Positions 45,762-60,792 of a DNA stretch of 64,000 nucleotides are shown piece by piece. The translations under genes were made by a program, and so were the position numbers. How positions within the stretch are numbered: position 1 is the stretch's first letter; each line of letters opens with the position of its first letter. Under the pieces are notes generated by a model. The model was not told the origin of the DNA. It made no database searches and saw only the letters and a program-made list of their open reading frames with translations. The stretch is from the NCBI RefSeq assembly GCF_009914755.1, contig NC_060937.1. One strand, written 5' to 3'. This stretch comes from the human T2T-CHM13v2.0 reference genome, Homo sapiens.

Positions 45762-46055
45762 CTGTACATAAAATATAAAACTACCCCAAATATATCTTAT
45801 ATACTCTACATAAAATATCTAAGTACCCAAAATATATATTATATACTGTACATAATATATCAAAGTACCCATAGTATGTATTATATCCTGTACATAAAAT
45901 ATGAAAGTACGTCAAATATATATTCTATTCTGCACATAAAATATCATATTGCACCAAATATATATTGTATACTGTATATAAAATATGAAGGTACTTCAAA
46001 TATATATTATATGCTGCACATAAAATATCAAAGTACCCAAAGTATGCATTATATA
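45762..46055 (+). repeat. 294-bp optional block, copy 6
   Basis: Same diagnostic monomers, ATCTAAG variant; 6329 bp from copy 5. Confidence 0.88.
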
Positions 46056-49000
46056 CTGTACATAAAATATCAAAGTACCCAAAGTGTATATTATATACTG
46101 TACATAAAATATGAAGGTTCATCAAATATATTTTATATTCTGCACATAATATATCAAAGTACAGCAAATATATATTATATACTGTACATAAAATAACAAA
46201 GTAACAAAAATATGTATTATATACTGTACATAAAATATGAAAGTAACCAAATATTTATAATAAACTGTATAAAAATATCAAAGAACTCAAACTACATATT
46301 ATATACAGTATATAAAATATCAAAGTACCCAAACTATATATTATATACTGTACATACTATATCAAAGTACCCGAATATATAGCATACTGTACATAAAATA
46401 TCAAATTACCCAAAATATATATTGTATACTGTACATAAAATATGAAGGTACATCAAAGATATATTATATTCTGTACATAAAATATCAAAGTACACCAAAT
46501 ATATATTATATCCTGTACAGAATATATTAAAGTCGACCAAATGTATATTATATACTGTACATAAAATATGAAGGTACATCAAATATATATTATATGCTGC
46601 ACATAAAATATCAAAGTACCCAAAGTATGTGTTATATACTGTACATAAAATATCAAAGTACCCAAAGTATATATTATATACTGTACATAAAATATAAAAT
46701 ACCCCAAATATATATTATATGCTGTACATAAAATATCAAAGTACACAAAATATGCATTATGTACTGTACATAAATTATCAAAGGACCCAAAATATATATT
46801 ATATAGTGTACATAAAATATCAAAATACCCAAAATATATATTATATACTGTACATAAAATACCAAAGTACCCAAAGTATATATTATATACTGTATAAAAA
46901 ATATCAAAGTAGCCAAAATATGTATTATACACTGTACATAATATATGAAAGTACCCAAACATTTATAATAAACTGTACATAAAATATCAATGTACTCAAA
47001 CTATATATTATGTGCGGTACTTAAGATATCAAAGTACCCATACTATATAGTATGTACTGTACTTAAAATATCAAAATACCCAAAATATATATTATATACG
47101 TTACATAAACTATCAAATACACAAAGTATGTATTACATACTGTACATAAAATAGCAAAGTTCCCAAAATATGTATTATATACTGTACATAAAATATGAAA
47201 GTACCCAACCATTTATAATAAACTCTACATAAAATACCAAAGTACCCAAACTGTGTATTATATACTCTCCATAAAATATCAAAGTACCCAAAATATATAT
47301 TGTCAACTGTACATGAAATATCAAAGTAGCCAAAATATATATAGTATACCGTACATAAAATATAAAAGTACCCCAAATATGTATTATATACTGTACATAA
47401 AATATCAAAGTACCGATAATACATATTATATAGTGTACATAAAATATCAGAGGACCCAAAATAAACATTATATACTGTACATAAAATATCCAAATACTCA
47501 AAATATATATTACATACTATACATAAAATATCAAAGTACCCAAATTATGTATTATATACTGTACATAAAATATCAGAGTACCCAAAATATGCATTATATA
47601 CTGTACATAAAATATGAAAGTAACAAAACATTTATAATAAACTGTACATAAAATATCAAAGTACTCAAACTATATATCATATACTGTACATAAAATATCA
47701 AAGTACCCAAACTGTGTATTATTATATACTGTATATAAAATATCAAAATACCTGAAATATATACTGTATACTGTACATAAAATATCAAAGTACCCAAAAT
47801 ATATACTGTATACTGTACATAAAATATGAAGGTACATCAAATATATATTGTATCCTGTACATAAAATATCAAAGTACACCTATTATATATTGTGTACTGT
47901 ACATAATATATTAAATCGCCCAAATATATATTGTATACTGTATATAAAATATGAAGGTACTTCAAATATATATTATATGCTGCACATAAAATATCAAAGT
48001 ACCCAAAGTATGCATTACATACTGTACATAAAATATCAAAGTACCCAAAGTGTATATTATATACTGTACATAAAATATGAAGGTTCATCAAATATATTTT
48101 ATATTCTGCACAAAATATATCAAAGTACAGCAAATATATATTATATACTGTACATAAAATAACAAAGTACCAAAAACATGTATTATATACTGTACATAAA
48201 ATATGAAAGTAACCAAATATTTATGATAAACTGTATATGAAATATCAAAGTACTCAAACTACATATTATATACAGTATATAAAATATCAAAGTACCCAAA
48301 CTGTATATTATATACTGTACATACTATATCAAAGTACCCGAATATATAGCATACTGTACATAAAATATCAAAGTACCCAAAATATATATTGTATACTGTA
48401 CATAAAATATGAAGGTACATCTAAGATATATTATATTCTGTACATAAAATATCAAATTACACCAAATATATATTATATGCTGTACATAATATATTAAAGT
48501 CGACCAAATATATATTATATACTGTACATAAAATATGAAGATACATCAAATATATATTATATGCTGCACATAAAATATCAAAGTACCCAAAGTATGTATT
48601 ATACACTGTACATAAAATATCAAAGTACCAAAAGTATATATTACATACTGTAAATAAAATATGAAGGTACCTCAAATATATATTATATTGTGTACATAAA
48701 ATATCAAAGTACACCAAGTATATACTATATACTCTGCATAAAATATTAAATTACCCAAAATATGTATTGTATTGTGTACATAAAATATGAAAGTAACCAA
48801 ACATTTATAATAAACTGTACATAAAATATCAAAGTACTCAAACTGTATATTATATACTGTACATAAAATATCAAAGCACCCAAACTGTGTAGTATATACT
48901 GTACATAAATTATCAAGGTACCCAAAATATATATTGTAAACTGTAGATAAAATATCAAAATACCCAAACTATATATTATATACTGTACATAAAATATGAA

Positions 49001-52000
49001 GGCACATCAAATATATATTATATTCTGTACATAAAATATCAAAATACACCAAATGTATATTATATACTGTACATAAAATATCAAAGTACCCAAAGTGTAT
49101 ATTATATACTGTACATAAAATATGAAGGTTCATCAAATATATTTTATATTCTGCACATAATATATCAAAGTACAGCAAATATATATTATATACTGTACAT
49201 AAAATATCAAAGTACCCAAAATATGTATTATATACTGTACATAAAATATGAAAGTAACCAAACATTTATAATAAACTGTACATAAAGTAACAAAGTACTC
49301 AAACTACATATTATATACAGTATATAAAATGTCAAAGTACCCAAACTGTATATTATATACTGTACATAATATATCAAAGTACCCGAATATATAGCATACT
49401 GTACATAAAATATCAAAGTACCCAAAGTGTGTATTATACACTGCACATAAAATATGAAGGTACATAAAATATATATTGTATTCTGTACATAAAATATCAA
49501 AGTACTCCAAATATATATTATATGCTGTACATAATATATTAAAGTCGCCCAAATATATATTATATACTGTACATAAAATATGAAGGTACATCAAATATAT
49601 ATTATATGCTGCACATAAAATATCAAAGTACCCAAAGTATGTGTTATATACTGTACATAAAATATCAAAGTACCCAAAGTATATATTATATACTGTACAT
49701 AAAATATAAAATACCCCAAATATATATTATATGCTCTACATAAAATATCAAAGTACACAAAATATGTATTATATACTGTACATAAAATACCAAAGGACCC
49801 AAAATATATATTATATACTGTACATAAAATATCAAAATACCCAAAATATATATTATATACTGTACATAAAATACCAAAGTACCCAAAGTATATATTATAT
49901 ACCGTACAAAAAATATCAAAGTAGCCAAAATATGTATTATACACTGTACATAATATATGAAAGTACCCAAACATTTATAATAAACTGTACATAAAATATC
50001 AATGTACTCAAACTATATATTATGTGCGCTACATAAGATATCAAAGTACCCATACTATATAGTATATACTGTACTTAAAATATCAAAATACCCAAAATAT
50101 ATATTATATACGTTACATAAACTATCAAATACACAAAGTATGTATTATATACTGTACATAAAATAGCAAAGTTCCCAAAATATGTATTATATACTGTACA
50201 TAAAATATGAAAGTACCCAACCATTTATAATAAAGTCTACATAAAATACCAAAGTACCCAAACTGTGTATTATATACTGTCCATAAAATATCAAAGGACC
50301 CAAAATATATATCGTAAACTCTACATAAAATATCAAAGTAGCCAAAATACATATTGTATACTGTACATAAAATATAAAAGTACCCCAAATATATATTATA
50401 TACTGTACATAAAATATCAAAGTACCCATAATACATATTATATACTGTACATAAAATATCAAAGGACCCAAAATAAACATTATATACTGTACATAAAATA
50501 TCCAAATACTCAAAATATATATTACATACTGTACATAAAATATCAAAGTACCCAAATTATGTATTATATACTGTACGTAAAATATCAGAGTACCCAAAAT
50601 ATGCATTATATACTGTACATAAAATATGAAAGTAACAAAACATTTATAATAAACTGTACATAAAATATCAAAGTACTCAAACTATATATCATATACTGTA
50701 CATAAAATATCAAAGTACCCAAACTGTGTATTATTACATACTGTATATAAAATATCAAAGTACCTGAAATATATATTTTATACTGTACATAAAATATCAA
50801 AGTACCCAAAATATATACTATATACTGTACATAAAATATGAAGGTACATCAAATATATATTATATCCTGTACATAAAATATCAAAGTACTCCTATTATAT
50901 ATTGTGTACTGTACATAATATATTAAATCGCCCAAATATATATTGTATACTGTATATAAAATATGAAGGTACTTCAAATATATATTATATGCTGCACATA
51001 AAATATCAAAGTACCCAAAGTATGCATTACATACTGTACATAAAATATCAAAGTACACAAATTATATATTACATTCTGTACATAAAATATGTAGGTTCAT
51101 CAAATATATTTTATATTCTGTACATAATATATCAAAGTACATCAAATATATATTATATACGGTACATAAAATATCAAAGTACCCAAAATATGTACTATTT
51201 ACTGTACATAAAATATGAAAGTAACCAAACTTTTATAATAAACTGTACATAAAATATCAAAGTACTCAATCTACATATTATATACAGTATATAAAATATC
51301 AAAGTACACAAACTGTATATTATATACTGTACATAATATATCAAAGTACCCAGAATATATAGCATACTGTACATACAATATCAAAGTACCCACAATGTAT
51401 ATTGTATACTGTACATAAAATATGAAGGTACATCAAAGATATATTATATTCTGTACATAAAATGTCAAAGTACACCAAATATATATTATATGCTGTACAT
51501 AATATATTAAAGTTGCCCATGTATACATTTTATATTGTACATAAAATATGAAGGTACATCAAATATATAGTATATGCTGCACATAAAATATCAAAGTACC
51601 CAAAGTATGTATTATATACTCTACATAAAATATCAAAGTACCAAAAGTATATATTACCTACTGTAAATAAAATATGAAGATACCTCAAATATATATTATA
51701 TTCTGTACATGAAATATCAAATTACACCAAGTATATACTATATACTCTACATAAAATATTAAATTACCCAAAATATGTATTGTATTGTGTACATAAAATA
51801 TGAAAGTAACCAAACATTTATAATAAACTGTACATAAAATATCAAAGTACTCAAACTTTATATTATATACTGTACATAAAGTATCAAAGTACCCAAACTG
51901 TGTAGTATATACTGTACATAAAATATCAAGTTACCCAAAATGTATATTGTAAACTGTAGATAAAATATCAAAGTACCCAAAATATATATTATATACTGTA

Positions 52001-52079
52001 CATAAAATATGAAGGCACATCCAATATATACTATATTCTGTACATAAAATATCAAAGTACACCAAATGTATATTATATA

Positions 52080-52373
52080 CTGTACATAAAATATAAAACT
52101 ACCCCAAATATATCTTATATACTCTACATAAAATATCAAAGTACCCAAAATATATATTATATACTGTACATAATATATCAAAGTACCCATAGTATGTATT
52201 ATATCCTGTACATAAAATATGAAAGTACGTCAAATATATATTCTATTCTGCACATAAAATATCATATTGCACCAAATATATATTGTATACTGTATATAAA
52301 ATATGAAGGTACTTCAAATATATATTATATGCTGCACATAAAATATCAAAGTACCCAAAGTATGCATTATATA
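52080..52373 (+). repeat. 294-bp optional block, copy 7
   Basis: Same diagnostic monomers. Confidence 0.88.
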
Positions 52374-52897
52374 CTGTACATAAAATATCAAAGTACCCAA
52401 AGTGTATATTATATACTGTACATAAAATATGAAGGTTCATCAAATATATTTTATATTCTACACATAATATATCAAAGTACAGCAAATATATATTATATAC
52501 TGTACATAAAATAACAAAGTAACAAAAATATGTATTATATACTGTACATAAAATATGAAAGTAACCAAATATATATAATAAACTGTATATAAAATATCAA
52601 AGTACTCAAACTACATATTATATACAGTATATAAAATATCAAAGTACCCAAACTATATATTATATACTGTACATACTATATCAAAGTACCCGAATATATA
52701 GCATACTGTACATAAAATATCAAATTACCCAAAATATATATTGTATACTGTACATAAAATATGAAGGTACATCAAAGATATATTATATTCTGTACATAAA
52801 ATATCAAAGTACACCAAATATATATTATATGCTGTACAGAATATATTAAAATCGACCAAATGTATATTATATACTGTACATAAAATATGAAGGTACA

Positions 52898-54986
52898 TCA
52901 AATATATATTATATGCTGCACATAAAATATCAAAGTACCCAAAATATGTGTTATATACTGTACATAAAATATCAAAGTACCCAAAGTATATATTATATAC
53001 TGTACATAAAATATAAAATACCCCAAATATATATTATATGCTGTACATAAAATATCAAAGTACACAAAATATGCATTATGTACTGTACATAAATTATCAA
53101 AGGACCCAAAATATATATTATATAATGTACATAAAATATCAAAATACCCAAAATATATATTATATACTGTACATAAAATACCAAAGTACCCAAAGTATAT
53201 ATTATATACTGTATAAAAAATATCAAAGTAGCCAAAATATGTATTATACACTGTACATAATATATGAAAGTACCCAAATATTTATAATAAACTGTACATA
53301 AAATATCAATGTACTCAAACTATATATTATGTGCGGTACTTAAGATATCAAAGTACCCATACTATATAGTATGTACTGTACTTAAAATATCAAAATACCC
53401 AAAATATATATTATATACGTTACATAAACTATCAAATACACAAAGTATGTATTACATACTGTACATAAAATAGCAAAGTTCCCAAAATATGTATTATATA
53501 CTGTACATAAAATATGAAAGTACCCAACCATTTATAATAAACTCTACATAAAATACCAAAGTACCCAAACTGTGTATTATATACTCTCCATAAAATATCA
53601 AAGTACCCAAAATATATATTGTCAACTGTACATAAAATATCAAAGTACTCAATCTACATATTATATACAGTATATAAAATATCAAAGTACACAAACTGTA
53701 TATTATATACTGTACATAATATATCAAAGTACCCAGAATATATAGCATACTGTACTTAAAATATCAAAGTACCCAAAATATATATTGTATACTGTACATA
53801 AAATATGAAGGTACATCAAAGATATATTATATTCTGTACATAAAATATCAAAGTACACCAAATATATATTATATGCTGTACATAATATATTAAAGTTGCC
53901 CATATATACATTATATACTGTACATAAAATATGAACGTACATCAAATATATAGTATATGCTGCACATAAAATATCAAAGTACCCAAAGTATGTATTATAC
54001 ACTGTACATAAAATATCAAAGTACCAAAAGTATATATTACATACTGTAAATAAAATATGAAGGTACCTCAAATATATATTATATTCTGTACATAAAATAT
54101 CAAAGTACACCAAGTATATACTATATACTCTGCATAAAATATTAAATTACCCAAAATATGTATTGCATTGTGTACATAAAATATGAAAGTAACCAAACAT
54201 TTATAATAAACTGTACATAAAATATCAAAGTACTCAAACTGTATATTATATACTGTACATAAAGTATCAAAGTACCCAAACTGTGTAGTATATACTGTAC
54301 ATAAAATATCAAGGTACCCAAAATATATATTGTAAACTGTAGATAAAATATCAAAGTACCCAAAATATATATTATATACTGTACATAAAATATGAAGGCA
54401 CATCCAATATATATTATATTCTGTACATAAAATATCAAAGTACACCAAATGTATATTATATACTGTACATAAAATATCAAAGTACCCAAAGTGTATATTA
54501 TATACTGTACATAAACTATGAAGGTTCATCAAATATATTTTATATTCTGCACATAATACATCAAAGTACAGCAAATATATATTATATACTGTACATAAAA
54601 TATCAAAGTACCCAAAATATGTATTATATACTGTACATAAAATATGAAAGTAACCAAACATTTATAATAAACTGTACATAAAGTATCAAAGTACTCAAAC
54701 TACATATTATATACAGTATATAAAATGTCAAAGTACCCAAACTGTATATTATATACTGTACATAATATATCAAAGTACCCGAATATATAGCATACTGTAC
54801 ATAAAATATCAAAGTACCCAAAGTGTGTATTATACACTGCACATAAAATATGAAGGTACATAAAATATATATTGTATTCTGTACATAAAATATCAAAGTA
54901 CTCCAAATATATATTATATGCTGTACATAATATATTAAAGTCGCCCAAATATATATTATATACTGTACATAAAATATGAAGGTACA
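52898..54986 (+). repeat. Truncated higher-order unit (2089 bp) carrying a 924-bp deletion junction at ~53624-53647
   Basis: TTGTCAACTGTAC is joined directly to ...AAAGTACTCAATCTAC. These landmarks are 924 bp (22 x 42) further apart in the intact unit (17218 vs 18142). Confidence 0.87.
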
Positions 54987-57900
54987 TCAAATATATATTA
55001 TATGCTGCACATAAAATATCAAAGTACCCAAAGTATGTGTTATATACTGTACATAAAATATCAAAGTACCCAAAGTATATATTATATACTGTACATAAAA
55101 TATAAAATACCCCAAATATATATTATATGCTATACATAAAATATCAAAGTACACAAAATATGTATTATATACTGTACATAAAATACCAAAGGACCCAAAA
55201 TATATATTATAATCTGTACATAAAATATCAAAATACCCAAAATATATATTATATACTGTACATAAAATACCAAAGTACCCAAAGTATATATTATATACCG
55301 TACAAAAAATATCAAAGTAGCCAAAATATGTATTATACACTGTACATAATATATGAAACTACCCAAACATTTATAATAAACTGTACATAAAATATCAATG
55401 TACTCAAACTATATATTATGTGCGGTACATAAGATATCAAATTACCCATACTATATAGTATATACTGTACTTAAAATATCAAAATACCCAAAATATATAT
55501 TATATACGTTACATAAACTATCAAATACACAAAGTATGTATTATATACTGTACATAAAATAGAAAAGTTCCCAAAATATGTATTATATATATTATAAATA
55601 TGTACATAAAATATGAAAGTACCCAACCATTTATAATAAACTCTACATAAAACACCAATGTACCCAAACTGTGTATTATATACTGTCCATAAAATATCAA
55701 AGTACCCAAAATATATATTTTAAACTCTACATAAAATATCAAAGTAGCCAAAATACATATTGTATACTGTACATAAAATATAAAAGTACCCCAAATATAT
55801 ATTATATACTGTACATAAAATATCAAAGTACCCATAATACATATTATATACTGTACATAAAATATCAAAGGACCCAAAATAAACATTATATACTGTACAT
55901 AAAATATCCAAATACTCAAAATATATATTACATACTGTACATAAAATATCAAAGTACCCAAATTATGTATTATATACTGTACGTAAAATATCAGAGTACC
56001 CAAAATATGCATTATATACTGTACATAAAATATGAAAGTAACAAAACATTTATAATAAACTGTACATAAAATATCAAAGTACTCAAACTATATATCATAT
56101 ACTGTACATAAAATATCAAAGTACCCAAACTGTGTATTATTATAAACTGTATATAAAATATCAAAGTACCTGAAATATATATTGTATACTGTACATAAAA
56201 TATCAAAGTACACAAAATATATACTATATACTGTACATAAAATATGAAGGTACATCAAATATATATTATATCCTGTACATAAAATATCAAAGCACACCTA
56301 TTATATATTGTTTACTGTACATAATATATTAAATCGCCCAAATATATATTGTATACTGTATATAAAATATGAAGGTACTTCAAATATATATTATATGCTG
56401 CACATAAAATATCAAAGTACCCAAGGTATGCATTACATACTGTACATAAAATATCAAAGTACACAAATTATATATTATATACTGTACATAAAATATGTAG
56501 GTTCATCAAATATATTTTATATTCTGTACATAATATATCAAAGTACATCAAATATATATTATATACGGTACATAAAATATCAAATTACCCAAAATATGCA
56601 TTATTTACTGTACATAAAATATGAAAGTAACCAAACATTTATAATAAACTGTACATAAATTATCAAAGTACTCAATCTACATATTATATACAGTATATAA
56701 AATATCAAAGTACACAAACTGTATATTATATACTGTACATAATATGTCAAAGTACCCAGAATATATAGCATACTGTACATACAATATCAAAGTACCCAGA
56801 ATGTATATTGTATACTGTACATAAAATATGAAGGTACATCAAAGATATATTATATTCTGTACATAAAATATCAAAGTACACCAAATATATATTATATGCT
56901 GTACATAATATATTAAAGTTGCCCATGTATACATTTTATACTGTACATAAAATATGAAGGTACATCAAATATATACTATATGCTGCACATAAAATAACAA
57001 AGTATCCAAAGTATGTATTATATACTGTACATAAAATATCAAAGTACCAAAAGTATATATTACCTACTGTAAATAAAATATGAAGGTACCTCAAATATAT
57101 ATTATATTCTGTACATGAAATATCAAAGTACACCAAGTATATACTATATACTCTACATAAAATATTAAATTACCCAAAATATGTATTGTATTGTGTACAT
57201 AAATTATGAAAGTAACCAAACATTTATAATAAACTGTACATAAAATATCAAAGTACTCAAACTGTATATTATATACTGTACATAAAGTATCAAAGTACCC
57301 AAACTGTGTAGTATATACTGTACATAAAATATCAAGGTACCCAAAATATATATTGTAAACTGTAGATAAAATATCAAAATACCCAAACTATATATTATAT
57401 ACTGTACATAAAATATGAAGGCACATCAAATATATATTACATTCTGTACATGAAATATCAAAGTACACCAAATGTATATTATATACTGTACATAAAATAT
57501 CAAAGTACCCAAAGTGTATATTATATACTCTACATAAAATATGAAGGTTCATCAAATATATTTTATATTCTGCACATAATATATCAAAGTACAGCAAATA
57601 TATATTATATACTGTACATAAAATATCAAAGTACCCAAAATATGTATTATATACTGTACATAAAATATGAAAGTAACCAAACATTTATAATAAACTGTAC
57701 ATAAAGTAACAAAGTACTCAAACTACATATTATATACAGTATATAAAATGTCAAAGTACCCAAACTGTATATTATATACTGTACATAATATATCAAAGTA
57801 CCCGAATATATAGCATACTGTACATAAAATATCAAAGTACCCAAAGTGTGTATTATACACTGCACATAAAATATGAAGGTACATAAAATATATATTGTAT

Positions 57901-60498
57901 TCTGTACATAAAATATCAAAGTACTCCAAATATATATTATATGCTGTACATAATATATTAAAGTCGCCCAAATATATATTATATACTGTACATAAAATAT
58001 GAAGGTACATCAAATATATATTATATGCTGCACATAAAATATCAAAGTACACAAAGTATGTGTTATATACTGTACATAAAATATCAAAGTACCCAAAGTA
58101 TATATTATATACTGTACATAAAATATAAAATACCCCAAATATATATTATATGCTGTACATAAAATATCAAAGTACACAAAATATGTATTATATACTGTAC
58201 ATAAAATACCAAAGGACCCAAAATATATATTATATACTGTACATAAAATATCAAAATACCCAAAATATATATTATATACTGTACATAAAATACCAAAGTA
58301 CCCAAAGTATATATTATATACCGTACAAAAAATATCAAAGTAGCCAAAATATGTATTATACACTGTACATAATATATGAAAGTACCCAAACATTTATAAT
58401 AAACTGTACATAAAATATCAATGTACTCAAACTATATATTATGTGCGCTACATAAGATATCAAAGTACCCATACTATATAGTATATACTGTACTTAAAAT
58501 ATCAAAATACCCAAAATATATATTATATACGTTACATAAACTATCAAATACACAAAGTATGTATTATATACTGTACATAAAATAGCAAAGTTCCCAAAAT
58601 ATGTATTATATACTGTACATAAAATATGAAAGTACCCAACCATTTATAATAAAGTCTACATAAAATACCAAAGTACCCAAACTGTGTATTATATACTGTC
58701 CATAAAATATCAAAGGACCCAAAATATATATTGTAAACTCTACATAAAATATCAAAGTAGCCAAAATACATATTGTATACTGTACATAAAATATAAAAGT
58801 ACCCCAAATATATATTATATACTGTACATAAAATATCAAAGTACCCATAATACATATTATATACTGTACATAAAATATCAAAGGACCCAAAATAAACATT
58901 ATATACTGTACATAAAATATCCAAATACTCAAAATATATATTACATACTGTACATAAAATATCAAAGTACCCAAATTATGTATTATATACTGTACGTAAA
59001 ATATCAGAGTACCCAAAATATGCATTATATACTGTACATAAAATATGAAAGTAACAAAACATTTATAATAAACTGTACATAAAATATCAAAGTACTCAAA
59101 CTATATATCATATACTGTACATAAAATATCAAAGTACCCAAACTGTGTATTATTACATACTGTATATAAAATATCAAAGTACCTGAAATATATATTGTAT
59201 ACTGTACATAAAATATCAAAGTACCCAAAATATATACTATATACTGTACATAAAATATGAAGGTACATCAAATATATATTATATCCTGTACATAAAATAT
59301 CAAAGTACTCCTATTATATATTGTGTACTGTACATAATATATTAAATCGCCCAAATATATATTGTATACTGTATATAAAATATGAAGGTACTTCAAATAT
59401 ATATTATATGCTGCACATAAAATATCAAAGTACCCAAAGTATGCATTACATACTGTACATAAAATATCAAAGTACACAAATTATATATTATATTCTGTAC
59501 ATAAAATATGTAGGTTCATCAAATATATTTTATATTCTGTACATAATATATCAAAGTACATCAAATATATATTATATACGGTACATAAAATATCAAAGTA
59601 CCCAAAATATGTACTATTTACTGTACATAAAATATGAAAGTAACCAAACATTTATAATAAACTGTACATAAAATATCAAAGTACTCAATCTACATATTAT
59701 ATACAGTATATAAAATATCAAAGTACACAAACTGTATATTATATACTGTACATAATATATCAAAGTACCCAGAATATGTAGCATACTGTACATACAATAT
59801 CAAAGTACCCAGAATGTATATTGTATACTGTACATAAAATATGAAGGTACATCAAAGATATATTATATTCTGTACATAAAATATCAAACTACACCAAATA
59901 TATATTATATGCTGTACATAATATATTAAAGTTGCCCATGTATACATTTTATACTGTACATAAAATATGAAGGTACATCAAATATATAGTATATGCTGCA
60001 CATAAAATATCAAAGTACCCAAAGTATGTATTATATACTGTACATAAAATATCAAAGTACCAAAAGTATATATTACCTACTGTAAATAAAATATGAAGAT
60101 ACCTCAAATATATATTATATTCTATACATGAAATATCAAAGTACACCAAGTATATACTATATACTCTACATAAAATATTAAATTACCCAAAATATGTATT
60201 GTATTGTGTACATAAAATATGAAAGTAACCAAACATTTATAATAAACGGTACATAAAATATCAAAGTACTCAAACTTTATATTATATACTGTACATAAAG
60301 TATCAAAGTACCCAAACTGTGTAGTATATACTGTACATAAAATATCAAGGTACCCAAAATGTATATTGTAAACTGTAGATAAAATATCAAAGTACCCAAA
60401 ATATATATTATATACTGTACATAAAATATGAAGGCACATCCAATATATATTATATTCTGTACATAAAATATCAAAGTACACCAAATGTATATTATATA

Positions 60499-60792
60499 CT
60501 GTACATAAAATATAAAACTACCCCAAATATATATTATATACTCTACATAAAATATCAAAGAACCCAAAATATATATTATATACTGTACATAATATATCAA
60601 AGTACCCATAGTATGTATTATATCCTGTACATAAAATATGAAAGTACGTCAAATATATATTCTATTCTGCACATAAAATATCATATTGCACCAAATATAT
60701 ATTGTATACTGTATATAAAATATGAAGGTACTTCAAATATATATTATATGCTGCACATAAAATATCAAAGTACACAAAGTATGCATTATATA
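60499..60792 (+). repeat. 294-bp optional block, copy 8 (slightly divergent)
   Basis: Same diagnostic monomers, but lacks the TATCTTA variant and has private AAAGAACCC and GTACACAAAG. Confidence 0.85.

Larger units (their letters stand above)
37400..50020 (+). repeat. Second recent tandem duplication, period 6328-6329 bp
   Basis: ORF pairs 37418/43747, 38255/44584, 41520/47848 and 41909/48237 are identical. The two copies differ by a few SNVs and a 1-bp deletion near 46271. Boundaries are approximate. Confidence 0.82.
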
